Below the pieces are notes generated by a model. The model worked only from the letters and a program-made list of their open reading frames with translations, made no database searches and had not been told where the DNA came from. From Octopus vulgaris (Eukaryota), in contig OX597820.1 in NCBI GenBank assembly GCA_951406725.2, positions 69,006,001-69,070,000 of the forward strand: a stretch of DNA of 64,000 bases, given 5' to 3'. This document shows positions 26,424 to 40,199 of this stretch, piece after piece (the stretch's first letter is position 1; each line of letters opens with the position of its first letter). A program made the position numbers and the translations under genes.

Positions 26424-26451
26424 AATAATTAAAATAATAGTAATAACAACG

Positions 26452-26598
26452 AAAAATACTTTAGGAATGAGAACCCAAGTTCGAAGTTTCACCAGGACAC
26501 CTGAAGAAGGCTGGAAAGTATATCAGTCAAATGTAAATATCCGTCAAGTGTAAATAATGTAAATAATGTCCATAATTCCTCATCTCTTAAATATAGAA
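26452..26598 (+). mobile_element. Penelope-like terminal fragment with 5' half of a hammerhead
   Basis: ACAC CUGAAGA A GGCUG...CAGUC at 26497-26528. GAAA and stem III are missing. Confidence 0.45.
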
Positions 26599-27102
26599 AT
26601 GCATTCCTAATCACTTAATACATGGAATCATCAATGAAGGTGTCTCTGAGGTGACGTGACCGCTTTACATCTGCCCCCGTGCCTATTTCGTAAACCAATA
26701 TGAATTTGCTAGAAGAGCTACTCGCTTTTTGGCGCTCTCCTTCTGTGGCCTCTATGCCACTTAACACATCTTCAATGACATAAGCCCCTTCTGGATGTTA
26801 CTCCCCTGACGTATTAGGGATCCCTTTGGATAAAGTTCTTGAATTGCTGCCCAAAATTCTTCAGCTCTTTCCTAAGTCAATCTATTTTACCGGATCTGTT
26901 GCTTCTAATAAAGGGAGGATTCGGTGTTATGTTCCCTAACTGGAAAGTGAAGTTAATGAAAAGGTCACAGTATATGTGGCGAAACACTTCAGACGATGGA
27001 CTCTAAAATAGAATGAAATAGGTGAAGTGGAGAATGAGTATATAGAGAGTGTGTTTATTTCGCAAAAATAAACAATGACCATACCGAAATTTAATAATAA
27101 TG

Positions 27103-27183
<81 letters not shown>

Positions 27184-27978
27184 TATATATCACCGTGATC
27201 ACCGTGACCGACCAGGCTATCAGATGTTGCTACACATCGCTGGTCACAATGCGCTTTACATTGTTTTAGCCTTCAATTGACGCCACCCAGCTGGCTAAGC
27301 GAGCAGGTCAATATATATATATACATACATACATACACACAGACCCAACACTTGTATGTGTATTTGGTTAGGTGGGACGATGTTGAAATAACCTGACGCT
27401 AATAGCAATGCAACCACCGCTGCTGTTAATAAAATGGCACACACTATGAATCAAAGATGTGCCTCCCAAGCAGTCATTCGACCAGCTAGAAATAGTAGTA
27501 AAATTTCACTCAAATCACACTCACAAGGCTCCTCAATAAACGAAAGACATGAAATACTACTCTGTACCAGGGTGGGTGGGAGAACAGTTCGGAGTTCCCC
27601 ATAGTTGTCTCGAATGTCGTTAATCGTCTGTTGGCTTGATTAGAGGCGACAGAGGGCTTAAATGCCGATATATATTTTTATACATGTCATACGCAGTGAA
27701 TCGAACACACGGACACAGGCATTACAATTTCACGATATACTGAGTGGATAAGAAAACATGCATACAAGCACACACATACAAGAAAACATGATTGTATCTG
27801 TGTAAATATACATCTACATACATTATATATAAGTATATATATAATGCTGCCGCCGCTACTACTACTTCTACTACTACTACTACTACACACGCACAAAGAG
27901 AGGTGCACGCACCGCATATGTAGTCCCCGGAGAAATTAAATGATACATGCGTATATTTGAAGCATGTGTACATATGCT

Positions 27979-28325
27979 GAGTGGATGTGTGGTAGGTAGC
28001 TTGCTTACCAACCACATGGGTCCGGGTTCAGTCCCACTGCGTGCCACTTTGGGCAAGTGTCTTGTACTATAACTTCGAGCCGACCAAAGCCTTGTGAATG
28101 GATTTGGTGGTCGGAAACTGAAAGAAACCCGTCATATATATATATATATGTGTGTGTGTGTTTGCGTCCCCGTAACGTAACTTAGCGGTTCGGCAGAAGA
28201 AACCAATAGAATAAGTACTAGACTTACGCAGAATAAGTCTTGGGCTTGATTTGTTCGACTAAAGGCGGTGCTCCAGCATGGCCGCAGTCAAATGACTGAA
28301 GGAAGTAAAAAAATAAAAGAATAAA
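27979..28325 (+). mobile_element. SINE family A
   Basis: A/B boxes, CORE-like block and tail GGCGGTGCTCCAGCATGGCCGCAGTCAAATGACTG. A degenerate minus copy lies at about 28580-28850. Confidence 0.9.
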
Positions 28326-29571
28326 TGAATACATTCACACGTGGATGTAAATATAAACTCACATTGGCCTAGTCTTCCTTTCTGGATTTTTTTTTCCTAT
28401 CTACGTGCAGGTACGTAACAACGGGTACGTGCGCTTGTATATGCGTTTTTACACATGTCTCTGTGCCTCTGTGTGTTAATTTATGTATATATGTGTATGC
28501 GTGTTGGTGTATACCTACCTACCTACCTACCTACCTACCTACCTGTTTACCTACCTACATACATACATGTATACAAGCTTTTTCGCTACACCGCTAAATG
28601 AATTGGACGTAGACCCTGGTTCTCAAGCGGTGGGTGTGAAGAACAAACATACAGATGCGGAGGGTGGTGTACAGAGAGAAAGAGAGAGGGGGAGGCTTTT
28701 ACAGATTTACCGTCTACGAAATTCACTCACAAAATATTGGTCAGGTTGGGACAATAGTCAAAGACACTTGCCCGAAGTGCCGCACAATGAGACTGGCTCG
28801 AAAACCACGTGGTTCTAAAGCGAGAATTTTAACCACAAGTCCATGGCTACGTCTATTCTAATTCCTTAAAAATGCAAAAAACTATGACGATCATTAGTGT
28901 GTCAACGCAGGAGATTTAGTCTTATGTCGTCCTCACACAAACGATCTAATGTCTATGACCCATTAATATTTATTATATATCGTCGACATTATTGTCTTCC
29001 AAACTGTAACTTTTCATAACCAATACTGTTCACAGGTCTAATCTGACCTGAAAATAGTAGCACCGGCCATGGTTCTAGCTATGAGTTAATGAGTATGACA
29101 CGGAATTACATCCAAAAGAAGACCACTCGCAAGCACTCCAGCCAACCCAGGGCAGGTGAGGCCCTCCAGATCTTTAACTGTTTACCTAAGGGACGGTAAC
29201 TGATAACTACTGTGCTTGCGATACTTGTTGCATCAGATCAACACAAGTTTGAAGATCGAGAGAATGGGTCTGGTTCTGCACAAACCATACTCACCAAATC
29301 ATATGCATTGTGCAGTTTATTCAGAAAAACAAGATACATCACACTTTAAGTGCAATTATGATTGCAAGAAGTGACGAAGGCAAGTAGAAGAAGCTGCTCT
29401 ATGTCTTCAGCTTTGACCCTGTACACAGGCCGTCATCGGATCATGTTCGTTCCCCACACTCTTACAGAATGCAATCATGCCTCGTTGAACCCTCAGTTGT
29501 TGTAGAATCAAAAAAGTCCATCATACTACTGCGATACCACGTGCAAGTGCAATAACATTTCGATGCCACTA

Positions 29572-29785
29572 CTCTTTTCTATGCTAGGCGCAAGGCCCGA
29601 AATTTTGGGGGAGGGGCCAGTTGGTTAGATCGACCCCAGTACGCAACTTGTACTTAATTTATCGACCCCGAAAGGATGAAAGACAAAGTGGACCTCGGCA
29701 GAATTTGAACTCAGAACGCAAAGACAAACGAAATACCACTAAGCATTTTGGCCGTCGTGCTAACGTTTCTGCCAGCTCACCGCCT
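29572..29785 (-). mobile_element. SINE family B, full length, 15-bp TSD
   Basis: ATTTCGATGCCACTA (29557-29571) and ATTTCGATACCACTA (29786-29800). Confidence 0.9.
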
Positions 29786-31608
29786 ATTTCGATACCACTA
29801 TTACCTCTGCATCTTTAACGCACCTCTTAAACTCCTGGCACTACCAAAGTTCTACCTGTAACATTAATAACACTTCGATATCACTACTTCAACATTACCG
29901 CATTACATTATGGACACCGTTAACATACCACCTGTACCCTCCACATCATTACAATACCATTGCTATATTCTCGATCCCTCAGCATCTATACAGTTTACTT
30001 TGTGAAACTATTACCTACAAATCCTTGAAACAACTAATACTAATGCCATACTCATATTCCAGCAGTAACATTAATAGCATTGCTCTACCATTGCAATACA
30101 ACTTCTACTGATAGACTGTTACTATGCCTCTTATATTACTGACTCTAATAACATAACCTTCACCTCTAACACCACCCTACGTCTCATCTCACATCTATGC
30201 ACTGTAAAGTAGTACTAGTGCAGCTATCACCATTACACAACATACACACTTCCATGCAAACTAAGGACATAGCAATCTCGCCACTCTCACACTGCTGACA
30301 CTTATCCTGTACCAAATACATATTTCAACACCAGTGACATAATACTTATTCTGTACTACAAGTATCACCCCTACATCATTAGCATATGTTCTACACCTCT
30401 AATAAATCATGATTAAGATTGTTGTTACGAATGATTCCAGAAGTTGCACTTGATCCTCCTTACATTTCAAACAATATATTTACAACTTTTATCGTGACCA
30501 TTAACAATGTGAGTCTTTACCTGGCCACTCAACCTGCTAGAAATAGGAAGTAAATATCTTGGAACACATGTTTGCACTGTTTTAAAAGAAGGACGTATAT
30601 AATGGGCAATATAGTAGCTACAAAAAAGACAAGATGGTCAAGGAAAAAAATGTCCTTGGGCATATGTCTTTTGCGTTTGGTCTGACCTAGAGCTAAACAA
30701 TAAAAGAATTCACTACTATTGATACCATTCTATCACGGCCAATGCTTCAGAAATTTTCTCGTACACCCCTTACATCCCTCACTACAGACTGATTTTTTTA
30801 ATAAAACCGTTGTGTGATATACAAAAACTGTGCCTGCTTTTGGACAACCTGTTACTTCGTCCTTGTGGGCAGTTTTTCTCGTCGTATGCAAGACGTCAAG
30901 AGGTTGCTAACTTCAGTTTTGCTCAACTATTTCCCATTTCTTCAAGGAAAGAGAAACGAAAAAGCATTTGACAGAATGCTTCACAGAATATGTTCCTACT
31001 TCCAGTGCTCCGAGTCCAATTCCGACTGAAGACAACTTCGATATCCATCCTTTTGTGGTTGATAAGAAAAATACCAATACAGAACGCTAATTAGAGAGCC
31101 GAACAAGATATTTTAGAGAGGGGAGTCCAATTGCTTCGTAGCAATTGGTAATGATTACAAATGAGTTGGAGAAATACTCTAAAGTAAAAAGGATTCTCTC
31201 AAACTGTTATGACATTAATGAAAAGACCGTCTGACTATCTGACACAAATTTCTACGTGAATAAGTGTCATCAGCTCAGCAATTGTGCAATCTTACCTGCT
31301 GTAGAGAAGACCGTTAGACATTTACAAAAAAGAGCAAAACAAAATTATGACGTTGGTAATTTGCTTAAATGAATCGAAAATGAACTTAAGGGAAATAACA
31401 CAGAGTAACTAGTGGCATGCATTTGAACACAATAGATAAATTAGATAAATTGTTCGATTATTTGATAAATCATTTAATTATAGAAACTATCTCTACTTCG
31501 AGAATATGTGTAGAAATTACTTAGTGTGTTTTAGTAACAACTCCAAAAGAGTAAGGTATAAACTAGCAAGAATGAAGTAAATTCTCCAAAACTGACATGC
31601 CATAATGC

Positions 31609-31685
<77 letters not shown>

Positions 31686-31883
31686 GAGGAGGAGCAGTAG
31701 TACACAGAATTTCATTTCAGTCGACAATGTGAGATTACAAGTGATCCACATACCATGTCATGTGCGTGTTCCATTATATGGTTATTCTGCTTGCTAGAAA
31801 TAACTGTCAAATCACTGACATAAAGGGTGAAAATCCGGGATAGTCTTGGCTAGAATATAATAAAGCCTGGTAGCACAGAGATG

Positions 31884-32221
31884 CTGAGACCCCCTTCGGT
31901 CATGACTGACCATGGGATTGCACCTAGAAAGTTACCCTCCCAGGCACAAGTACGGGCAAGGTTGTTTATGGAAGATCAGCAGTCACCCTTGCATACCGGC
32001 CTCCCCTTTTCACGCCACCAGTGTTATCCAAAGGAAGGGCAAAGGCCGATACAGCTCGGCACCATTGATGTCGCAACTCATATCTACAGCTGAGGGAACT
32101 GGAGCAACGTGAAATAAAGTGTCTTGCTCAAGAACACAACACGCAGCCCGGTCCGAGATGCGAATTCACAACCTCACGATCGTAAGTTAGACGCTCTAAC
32201 CACTGAACCATGCGCCTTCAC
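31884..32221 (-). mobile_element. SINE with family-C head and core but a different 3' half, 12-bp TSD
   Basis: AGCACAGAGATG at 31872-31883 and 32222-32233. Head GAAGGCGCATGGTTCAGTGG and core TGTGTTCTTGAGCAAGACACTT. Confidence 0.9.
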
Positions 32222-32401
32222 AGCACAGAGATGACCATTTGTTAAATACAATAACATGTCCACAACAAATAGTTATGATCATGCATTAAATGTAACCTTA
32301 TATCTATTCGGAGAGGATTGAGGAAGATGAGGGTTAGAAGTCATTTCTTGGGATTAAACTAATAAATTATGAAAAAAAAAACAAGTAAAGATACTACTAC
32401 A

Positions 32402-32515
<114 letters not shown>

Positions 32516-32658
32516 CATCATCATCATCATTGTTTAGCATCCGCTTTCCATGCTAGCATGGGTTGGACGGTTCAACTGGGGTCTGGGAAGCCATAAGGCT
32601 GCACCAGGCCCAGTCTGATCTGGCAATGTTTCTACGGCTGGATGCCCTTCCTAACGCC

Positions 32659-32660
<2 letters not shown>
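32516..32660 (-). mobile_element. 3' fragment of a SINE with an RTE-like tail
   Basis: Minus strand: TTGGCGTTAGGAAGGGCATCCAGCCGTAGAAAC...GGATGCTAAACAATGATGATG. Confidence 0.65.
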
Positions 32661-32723
<63 letters not shown>

Positions 32724-32725
<2 letters not shown>

Positions 32726-32946
32726 GTTTCACATTTTGACACAAGACCAGAAATTTCGGGGTGGGGGACGAGGAATTCGATTGCATCGACACCAACTAGT
32801 ACTCAACTGGTACTTATTTTATCGACCCTGAAAGAATGAAAGGCAAAGCCGAAGTCGGAGGAATTTGAACTCAGGACATAACCACGGAGAAACTGGCGGT
32901 AAAGATTTTGCCTTGCGTAGTAACGAATCTGCTAGCTCGCAGCCTT
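32724..32946 (-). mobile_element. SINE family B
   Basis: ACTGGTACTTATTTTATCGACCCTGAAAGAATGAAAGGC, GGAATTTGAACTCAG. Confidence 0.85.
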
Positions 32947-33584
32947 GGGATAGCGAACAGGTTTCGATTCCCGATAAGAGGCTAGTATGTAGAACATTAC
33001 GTTGCGTCTAACAATGTGTGCTTGGGTGTATGTATATATACATGTGTGTGTAGATGGGTGGGTGCGCGCGCGCATAATATATATATGTACGCTATGAAAC
33101 TATTACTGCAACCGTGAAATTTTAGTCGAATAAAGTGACTATGTATGTCTATAATATATATATATATAAAGATATAGAATATATAATATATATAATCATA
33201 TAAAATATTTTACACACATGTATAATTCTTCGCATATAGGAAATATATATATATATATATATATCTGAATATATATGAATATCATATATATCATGTATAT
33301 CATATATATATATATATATATGTATGTAATATATACACATATATATGTATATATATATATAAATATATATATGATATATATATACATATATATATATACT
33401 TTTTTTATATATACATACATATATATACAGATATGTATAAACATATATATATATTAAAATATATATGTATATATACATTTGTATGTATATATATACACAC
33501 TATATATCATAATATATATATATACATTTATAAGTATACATACATATATATATATATTCACATATATATATATTCACACACACT

Positions 33585-33654
<70 letters not shown>

Positions 33655-34117
33655 TAAAACACATACATAACACATATATAACATATGAATATCAAACACA
33701 CAGAGATACACATACATATATATAACACATGTATGACATGCAGGTATGTGTATATTACAAGTAGCCACACGAACACATACATTTTTATGTGTATATTTAA
33801 ACACACAGACATCTCCGCCCACACACAAATTTATACACGCAAAACTGTACGGTTGACATTTGTTTTTGTAATTATTTCTCGTAGCCGTAACAAATTTTTA
33901 ATTAGTTGCAGAGCAGCCTCAGTAAATGCATGCCTCTATTACATGACTAATGAAATAGAATGTGAGATGCATGCATGTATTGTTAACACACACACGATAC
34001 ACAAACACACACACACAAACACAGACATTAAACACGTATATCATAAATGGGCATATATGTATAAGCATGGATATACATATATATATATATACAGGCATAC
34101 ATATGTGTATATGCATG

Positions 34118-34179
<62 letters not shown>

Positions 34180-34198
34180 TGCATGCATATATGTATAC

Positions 34199-34236
<38 letters not shown>

Positions 34237-34408
34237 GTATATATATATATACATATATATAAATATATTTATTTATGTCTATATACACATATATACATAT
34301 AAACATATATATATACACCCATATTCACATTTATATATATATACAAATACATACATGTGTATATAGACATAAATAAATATATTTATATATATGTATATAT
34401 ATATATAC

Positions 34409-34471
<63 letters not shown>

Positions 34472-34590
34472 TACATATATATAAATATATTTATTTATGT
34501 CTATATACACATATATACATATAAACATATATATATACACCCATATTCACATTTATATATATATACAAATACATACACACATATACATAT

Positions 34591-34625
<35 letters not shown>

Positions 34626-35004
34626 TATTTATCGATAGATATATAGTCACACACGTACGTGTGTGTGTATGTGTATGAGTCTGTGGGTATATGTAAGTCT
34701 AGGTCTGAGTCTGTGTGTGTGTGTCATGCGTTCGAGCACACATAAACACACATTAACGCATACACACACACGCGTGCAAGTGACCATCACTGAGGATAGG
34801 CAATAATAGCATGAAACCAGCATAGTCACGTTTTGTAAACTTATAAAACTAATTATTAAAGTGTAAAAATTATCAGAGAAGCGATCTCATTCATCTTTTC
34901 ACACACACGAATTATATATTTATATATATACATATATATATATGTATATGTATATATATACATATATATGTATATATATGTTTATATATATATGTATATA
35001 TATG

Positions 35005-35116
<112 letters not shown>

Positions 35117-35149
35117 CATATATATATATATATATACGTTTAAATATTT

Positions 35150-35441
35150 GTTGTGCAAGATTTTTTATGTGAAGTCGTGTGTTGAAACAGATATTGTTAT
35201 ATTTCGGAATGGTCATATTGCCAGTTTAGCCAATAAATGGCTGACGGTTAGTAAGGAGAGACACAAGTAAGTGAGAAGAAAACAAAGGACCACTGATGCG
35301 GTCACAGGAGTGTGACGAAAGAACTTTGGCCAAAATAAGATTAAGATTAATGTAAAAAATAAATATCACTGAAGCAAAATAACACCAAATATATAGTGCG
35401 TGTGTTTTTATTGGCTAAACTGGCAATATGACCATTCCGAA

Positions 35442-35450
<9 letters not shown>
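35150..35450 (+). mobile_element. Asymmetric inverted-repeat Penelope-like terminus containing a hammerhead-like motif, inside (TA)n
   Basis: About 41-bp perfect inverted repeat (TTATATTTCGGAATGGTCATATTGCCAGTTTAGCCAATAAA near 35197-35237 versus 35407-35447). The unpaired tail is homologous to 2716-2755. Confidence 0.75.
35287..35331 (+). ncRNA. Minimal type-I hammerhead-ribozyme-like motif (variant core)
   Basis: GGACCA CUGAUGC G GUCACA-ggag-UGUGAC GAAA G-aa-C UU UGGCC. 6-bp stem II and a bulged stem I. Confidence 0.6.
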
Positions 35451-35519
<69 letters not shown>

Positions 35520-35639
35520 TATATACATAGATGTACGGGACAGGCTGCTTTCAGTTTCCATCGACCAAACATTCACAAGAGCTGTGTCGGGCTGAGGCTA
35601 TAGCCAAAGAAACTTTTTTAAGGTGCCATATATACAGAT

Positions 35640-35800
35640 ATATGGTTAGACTAGAAGTGGGAGACCGAGGCTGACATATGTTGATGAACTACCAACTGAC
35701 ACATGTCTCTGGGAACACAGGACATGTTAGCTATGATGAGGGACGACGATCGCTGGGGAGAACTCGTCCATGGATCTCGGGAATTTTATTCACCCTATCT
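35640..35800 (+). mobile_element. RTE-type LINE extreme C-terminal fragment
   Basis: GRPRLTYVDELPTDT, then after a frameshift AMMRDDDRWGELV. Matches GRPxxTYxDxL...MxDRxxW. Confidence 0.6.
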
Positions 35801-35915
35801 CTCTGCCCCACTCTCTCTATTTATATATATATGCATTTATATACATCCCCCCAAAAATATATACTTTAATATATATGTGTATATATATATATGCGTGTGT
35901 ACATATATATATATG

Positions 35916-35965
<50 letters not shown>

Positions 35966-36376
35966 TATACAGGTATAGGTATATATGTACATATATATGT
36001 ATATATATGCATATATATATATATATGTGAATGTTATTGTATACATATATACGTATATATATATGTATATATGTATATATATGTATATATATAACATGTA
36101 TATAAATATATGCATGTATATATATACATGTATATATATACATGTATATATATTTATACATATATGTATAACTGTATATATATTTTTTTATGCATATCTA
36201 TATATCTATATCTATATCTATATCTATCTATATATATTTATATCTATCTATATATATTTATATGTATATATGTATCCATATATATATATATTTATATGTA
36301 TATATATATATATATATATGTGTGTATATATGTATTTATAATATATATGCATATATGTGTATATATATATGTAATG

Positions 36377-36412
<36 letters not shown>

Positions 36413-36426
36413 TATGTATAAATATA

Positions 36427-36477
<51 letters not shown>

Positions 36478-37487
36478 ATATGTATATATCTATGTATAGA
36501 GATTTATTATTGCTTTTTTATAAATATGTGTGTGCGCGTGTGTATTTATATGTGTATATATACAAATGTAAAATACTGTTCAGGTATTCCTTCAAGTTTG
36601 GGAACCCTAAAACTGAAATTCTGACGAAATAGTCTTCGTTTTATATACATACTAGACTAAAATATATATTACAGTCTATATATTTTGTGTCCCACCATGG
36701 CTGGTTTCCAGTGATCGAACAATAGTTCGATTTATGAATAATTAATTTAATCATAATTTATGAAAGATAAAGTAATTGCCGTATGAGAATAACAGAATAA
36801 AAGAACGTAAGAATTATGAAACACTTTTCCTAATTCAAAATGGATTGTGTGGCTTTCATGCCTTTTTGACTAACACCGAATCTCTGAGCAAGTCTGCTTC
36901 ACCTCACACATACACACGTACATACTAGATAAATCACTAAAATATTGGAATGATGGTCATGGCTAGGAAAGATCTGGTTATCTGGTCACTTGACCAGAGC
37001 CGACCTATGGAAAAAAAACAAAAAGCAACTTGAATAACTTCATCTGAACTTTGAAACTGTGTGGTTTGTCAATCTTAGGTTTTTACGTTGTTGCCGGTTA
37101 CATCTCCCTCTGTCTCCTCCTCTTTCTGCTTTTGCACGGTGGTAGCTACTCACCAGCACCAGCAGCCGTCGCCACTGCGGCCGCCGCCGTATCGTCACCA
37201 TCACCGTCGCTATCGTCGTTAACACGAACGGCATCATCATCAATATCTCGTCAGCTCTACCATCATCATCTTACTGATCACCGTCATGCATATCTCTCTC
37301 ACCATCATCATCATCATCATTGTCTACAGCATCGTGGCATCATTATATCACCGTTCATGTTGCAACTGCTGTTGTTCGCTTCAACAATGCCCTTTAGAAA
37401 TGCATGAAACTCACAGCTTCACAATTATGTAATAATCATGTTATACAGTCTTTTTTTATGCCCTTGAGGCAAATTATGAAAAGTAAT

Positions 37488-37945
37488 GCTGAGCTTGCAG
37501 AATCGTGAGTGTTGAAAATAAAAAACAAAACAAAAAATGCTTTCCTGTTTTTTTTTGTTGTTTTTTTTAAAAACTTTTATCCCGATTCTTCATATTCTGA
37601 GTTCAAATCTCGCCGAGATAGAGAGAATAAAGTACCTGTCATGCACTAAGGTAAATGGTATCGACAACCTACTTATTCTCAAAATTGCTGGCATTGTGTC
37701 TAAATTCGAAATTAAAGACCACGAAGTGTCTGAGTTGTTAGCAACGTTCGATAGAATGGACTCGCGGTATTAATTCTAATATATTTATTTTTTCGCGTTT
37801 GTGAGTTCAAATCCCGCCAAGAGCAACTATGCCTTACATCCTCTCGGGGGGCCGGAAAAATAAAGTACCAGTCAAGTACTGGATTTGATGTAAGAGACTT
37901 ACCCCTACCGCTCAATATTCCTATCCATGTGCTAAAATTATAAAA
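37488..37945 (+). mobile_element. Two tandem degenerate SINE family B copies
   Basis: TCTGAGTTCAAATCTCGCCGAG and TGAGTTCAAATCCCGCC, with AAAGTACC cores. Confidence 0.75.
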
Positions 37946-38092
37946 AAATTATTATTATTATTGTTACTATTATTGTTGTTGTTGATGTTGTCGTTGTAGT
38001 TGTAGTATGAGTAGCATAACAATAACAAACAACATCATTACTATCATCATCTCCATCATCGTTGTCATCTATTCATACACATACGTGTACGT

Positions 38093-38153
<61 letters not shown>

Positions 38154-38679
38154 TGTGTGTATGTGAGTGTGCGTGTGTGAAAATGTATAGCTGAAGTCAA
38201 CACTGCGCAATCTCTAGGCTCTAGAATAAATAGTGAGAGAGAGAGAGAGAAAGAGGGTATTCAGAGACAGAACGAGAAAGAGAGAGAGAGAGAGAGTGAG
38301 AGAGACAGAAGAGAATGAGGAAGACACTGTATGTATGCGCGCGTTTTTGTCTGCCTGTGTGTTTGTGTGTGAGAGTCTACGAGTGCGTATGAGAGTCTGC
38401 ATGTGTGCGTGAGAGTCTGCGTGTATGTGAGAAAGCCTGCGTGTGTGTGTGTGGTTCAGTCTGTATGCCAATGCTTGTGTATTTGTGTACCGGCGTTTGA
38501 ATCTATGTGTACGTGTGTGTGCGCGTGTGTTGAAGACGGAGCGAGAGAAAATGAGAGCGTTAAATATATATAAAGAGAGAGTGATATGGAGGAGAAAGAA
38601 AGAAAGAATGAGAGAGCGCGAATGTATGTAAAGCACATCAGATGAATAAGGAAGAAGCGGCATATTAGCACCACCCATT

Positions 38680-38730
38680 TCGAAGGGGAGGGGGAATTGG
38701 CTGGCGCAAGAACCAATCACAAAGCAATGC
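38680..38730 (+). promoter_or_regulatory. Candidate Pol II promoter (ATTGG and CCAAT pair next to a G-rich box)
   Basis: GGGGAGGGGGAATTGGCTGGCGCAAGAACCAATCAC, followed by a long purine-rich tract and unique sequence. Confidence 0.35.
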
Positions 38731-39695
38731 TACTCTGTAAGAAGAAGAAGAACAAGGAGGAGAAAGCGACGCTGTAGAGAGGGAAGAAGAAGAGGGAAAA
38801 GAAGGGGAAGAAGAAGAGGAAGTGGAAATATGAAGAACTAGAAGACGAAAGCTAAACCAAAGCAAAGCAATGTAAGAAGGAACGAAAGAAGGAAGAAAAG
38901 AAAGTAAGCAAGAAACGACGGAAGATACCGGGGGAAAAAGAGAGAAAGAACGCCAGAAAGCAAGAAGAAAGAGAGAAGAGCGAAAAGGAAGAAAGGTAAT
39001 ATGAAAGAAAGAGAGAGAGAGAGAAAGAGAGAGAAATTGAGAGAGAGAAAGACGGAACAAAATGAAAGAGAGAGAGATTGAAAGAGTACAAACAACAACA
39101 GTAACATCTGAATCAAAATCGCATGCAATTAAGGGTTGTTAACCATGTTCAGATATATGCTGGAATAGCACAGGACAATACCTAGAAACGGCTTTCTGAG
39201 CGCCCAACAGTTACAGGAAAGCCGCTAGTATAAGCCAACATTTTTGGTCACTCCATCTTGTTCTCAGCGGCGCTTAAACAAAACGCGGTTATAGTTAGAA
39301 GCTGCCAGCGGCACAGTTATATGTCTTGGTGTAAAGAAAGAAAAAAAAAACAAAAACAAAAACAAACAAAAACAAAACAAAAACTAACAAACAAAAAAAC
39401 CAAAAAGGATAAAAAAACAACACAAAATCAGGCCAAGTGGCAAAACTAAAATAGAGATAGAAAAAAGAGGTTATATATATATATGTATATATATATGCAT
39501 ATGTATGTATATGTGTAAATAATTAAATTGATATACATACATACACACACATGTTATAATAGTACTTAGTACAAGCTACTTCCCATATATATATACATAT
39601 ATATATATATACATATACGTATATACTTATACATATATATATATGTATATATATATATAATATATATATATATACACATAATAAACAAACAAGGC

Positions 39696-39731
39696 ATGTC
39701 CTTCTTTGCATTTGATTCCAACACCTGGCAG
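39696..39731 (+). other. Candidate short coding exon MSFFAFDSNTWQ ending at CAG|GTGAGT
   Basis: ATG at 39696, 12 open codons, consensus donor at 39732. No recognised homolog. Confidence 0.25.
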
Positions 39732-40151
39732 GTGAGTTCAGATATTTATTTATTTATTTTATGAATTTGCATTTTTGTATTTTTTCCTTCGATTGATTTT
39801 TTTTGTTACTATAATTTTTTCCCTTTTATTTTTTTATTGGGATTGTGTTGTTGTTTGTTGTTGTTGCTGTCGGAGGTGTATTTTTTTTTCTCTTTTGGTA
39901 AATACCGTTCATCTTAGTGCCCTATAGAGGTATTCATTATTCATTATTACACACAGTTTTTTTTTTCTTTCTTTCCTTTTTATTTTATCTTTCTTTCTTT
40001 CTTTCTGAAACCATTGATTATTTCAAATTGGTATCGATACGAACCTTTATCATGACAATCATAATCATGATTATTCCAACCCCTACAACAATAACCAACA
40101 CCAACACCACTACCACCACCCCACAAAACCACCAATCCACCCACCAAGACC

Positions 40152-40184
<33 letters not shown>

Positions 40185-40199
40185 AATATTAACGTTATT

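Noticed and set aside
25226-26450. CRISPR-like or LTR-pair interpretation
   Set aside because: No constant short repeat with unique spacers, no TG...CA ends and no internal domain.
29800-30400. C/A-rich cryptically repetitive block as a mucin-like exon
   Set aside because: No long ORF. It is decayed low-complexity sequence.
37051-37407. 118-aa ORF with a signal-peptide-like start and Ala/Ser/His runs
   Set aside because: It starts at TTG and is built from degenerate trinucleotide repeats, with no recognisable domain.
39188-39205. 12-nt match GGCTTTCTGAGC to the reverse complement of the miR-315 3' part
   Set aside because: The seed region does not match and I see no precursor hairpin.
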